From positions 108,440,001 to 108,504,000 of the forward strand of contig NW_024704742.1 of the NCBI RefSeq assembly GCF_018977255.1: a stretch of DNA of 64,000 bases, in the 5' to 3' direction. The stretch is from Callorhinchus milii (taxonomy: Eukaryota). A program made the position numbers and the translations under genes. A model generated the notes under the pieces. It did not search any database and was not told the origin of the DNA. It was given only the letters and a program-made list of their open reading frames with translations. Below, piece by piece: positions 63,735-64,000 of this stretch. How positions within the stretch are numbered: position 1 is the first letter of the stretch; each line of letters begins with the position of its first letter.

Positions 63735-63918
63735 CTGACGAGTTGGAAAGCATTATGAATGAGGTGTGTTCGGTCCTTCATGCTCAGGAGGGTGTGATCC
63801 TGATCCAGTAGATTAACCAGTGCATCCCATCCACTGTGCTCATAGTGTACAATGTAATAGCCATTCATGTCCACGTTAAACTTCACCCAGTCAGCTTCTT
63901 TGTCCAGTTTAATAGTAT
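63735..63918 (-). CDS. ERAP2: ERAP2-like aminopeptidase exon (7th from last)
   Basis: aatcag|AT..AG|gtattg, 184 nt; [61 protein letters not shown] (ERAP-type C-terminal region). Confidence 0.9.
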
Positions 63919-64000
63919 CTGATTAACACAAGATCAGTGGGTTTAGTGACGTTCACCAACAAATGAAAACCTAAGAGTTTGGCTTCATCGGTTAGATTGG

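Overview
Vertebrate genomic DNA. The repeat content (tRNA-Ala/Deu-type SINEs, L2 and CR1 LINE remnants) points to a cartilaginous fish, possibly a holocephalan; this is inference. Two M1-family aminopeptidase genes lie in tandem on the minus strand. At the right end are the last seven coding exons of an ERAP2-like gene (63918->55295, stop found). About 24 kb downstream are the first five coding exons of LNPEP/IRAP (ATG at 30992), which runs off the left edge. All exon boundaries were read as AG/GT with consistent phases. Most notable: (1) LNPEP exon 5 is present three times, as two direct copies plus one inverted copy, in a DUP-TRP/INV-DUP-like structure whose junction sits in inverted SINE tails; it may be a real rearrangement or an assembly artefact. 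(2) The LNPEP CpG-island promoter is sandwiched between a 0.65-kb (GGGCA/GGACA)n array and a 3.6-kb telomere-variant-like C-rich array with opposite strand skews. (3) A C/D-box snoRNA-like sequence lies just upstream of LNPEP exon 2. (4) An ETS/CRE motif cluster lies in intron 2. (5) There are modular SINE subfamilies and an unclassified ~400-bp repeat family. Repeat boundaries are approximate, and comparisons to human proteins are from memory rather than from a search.
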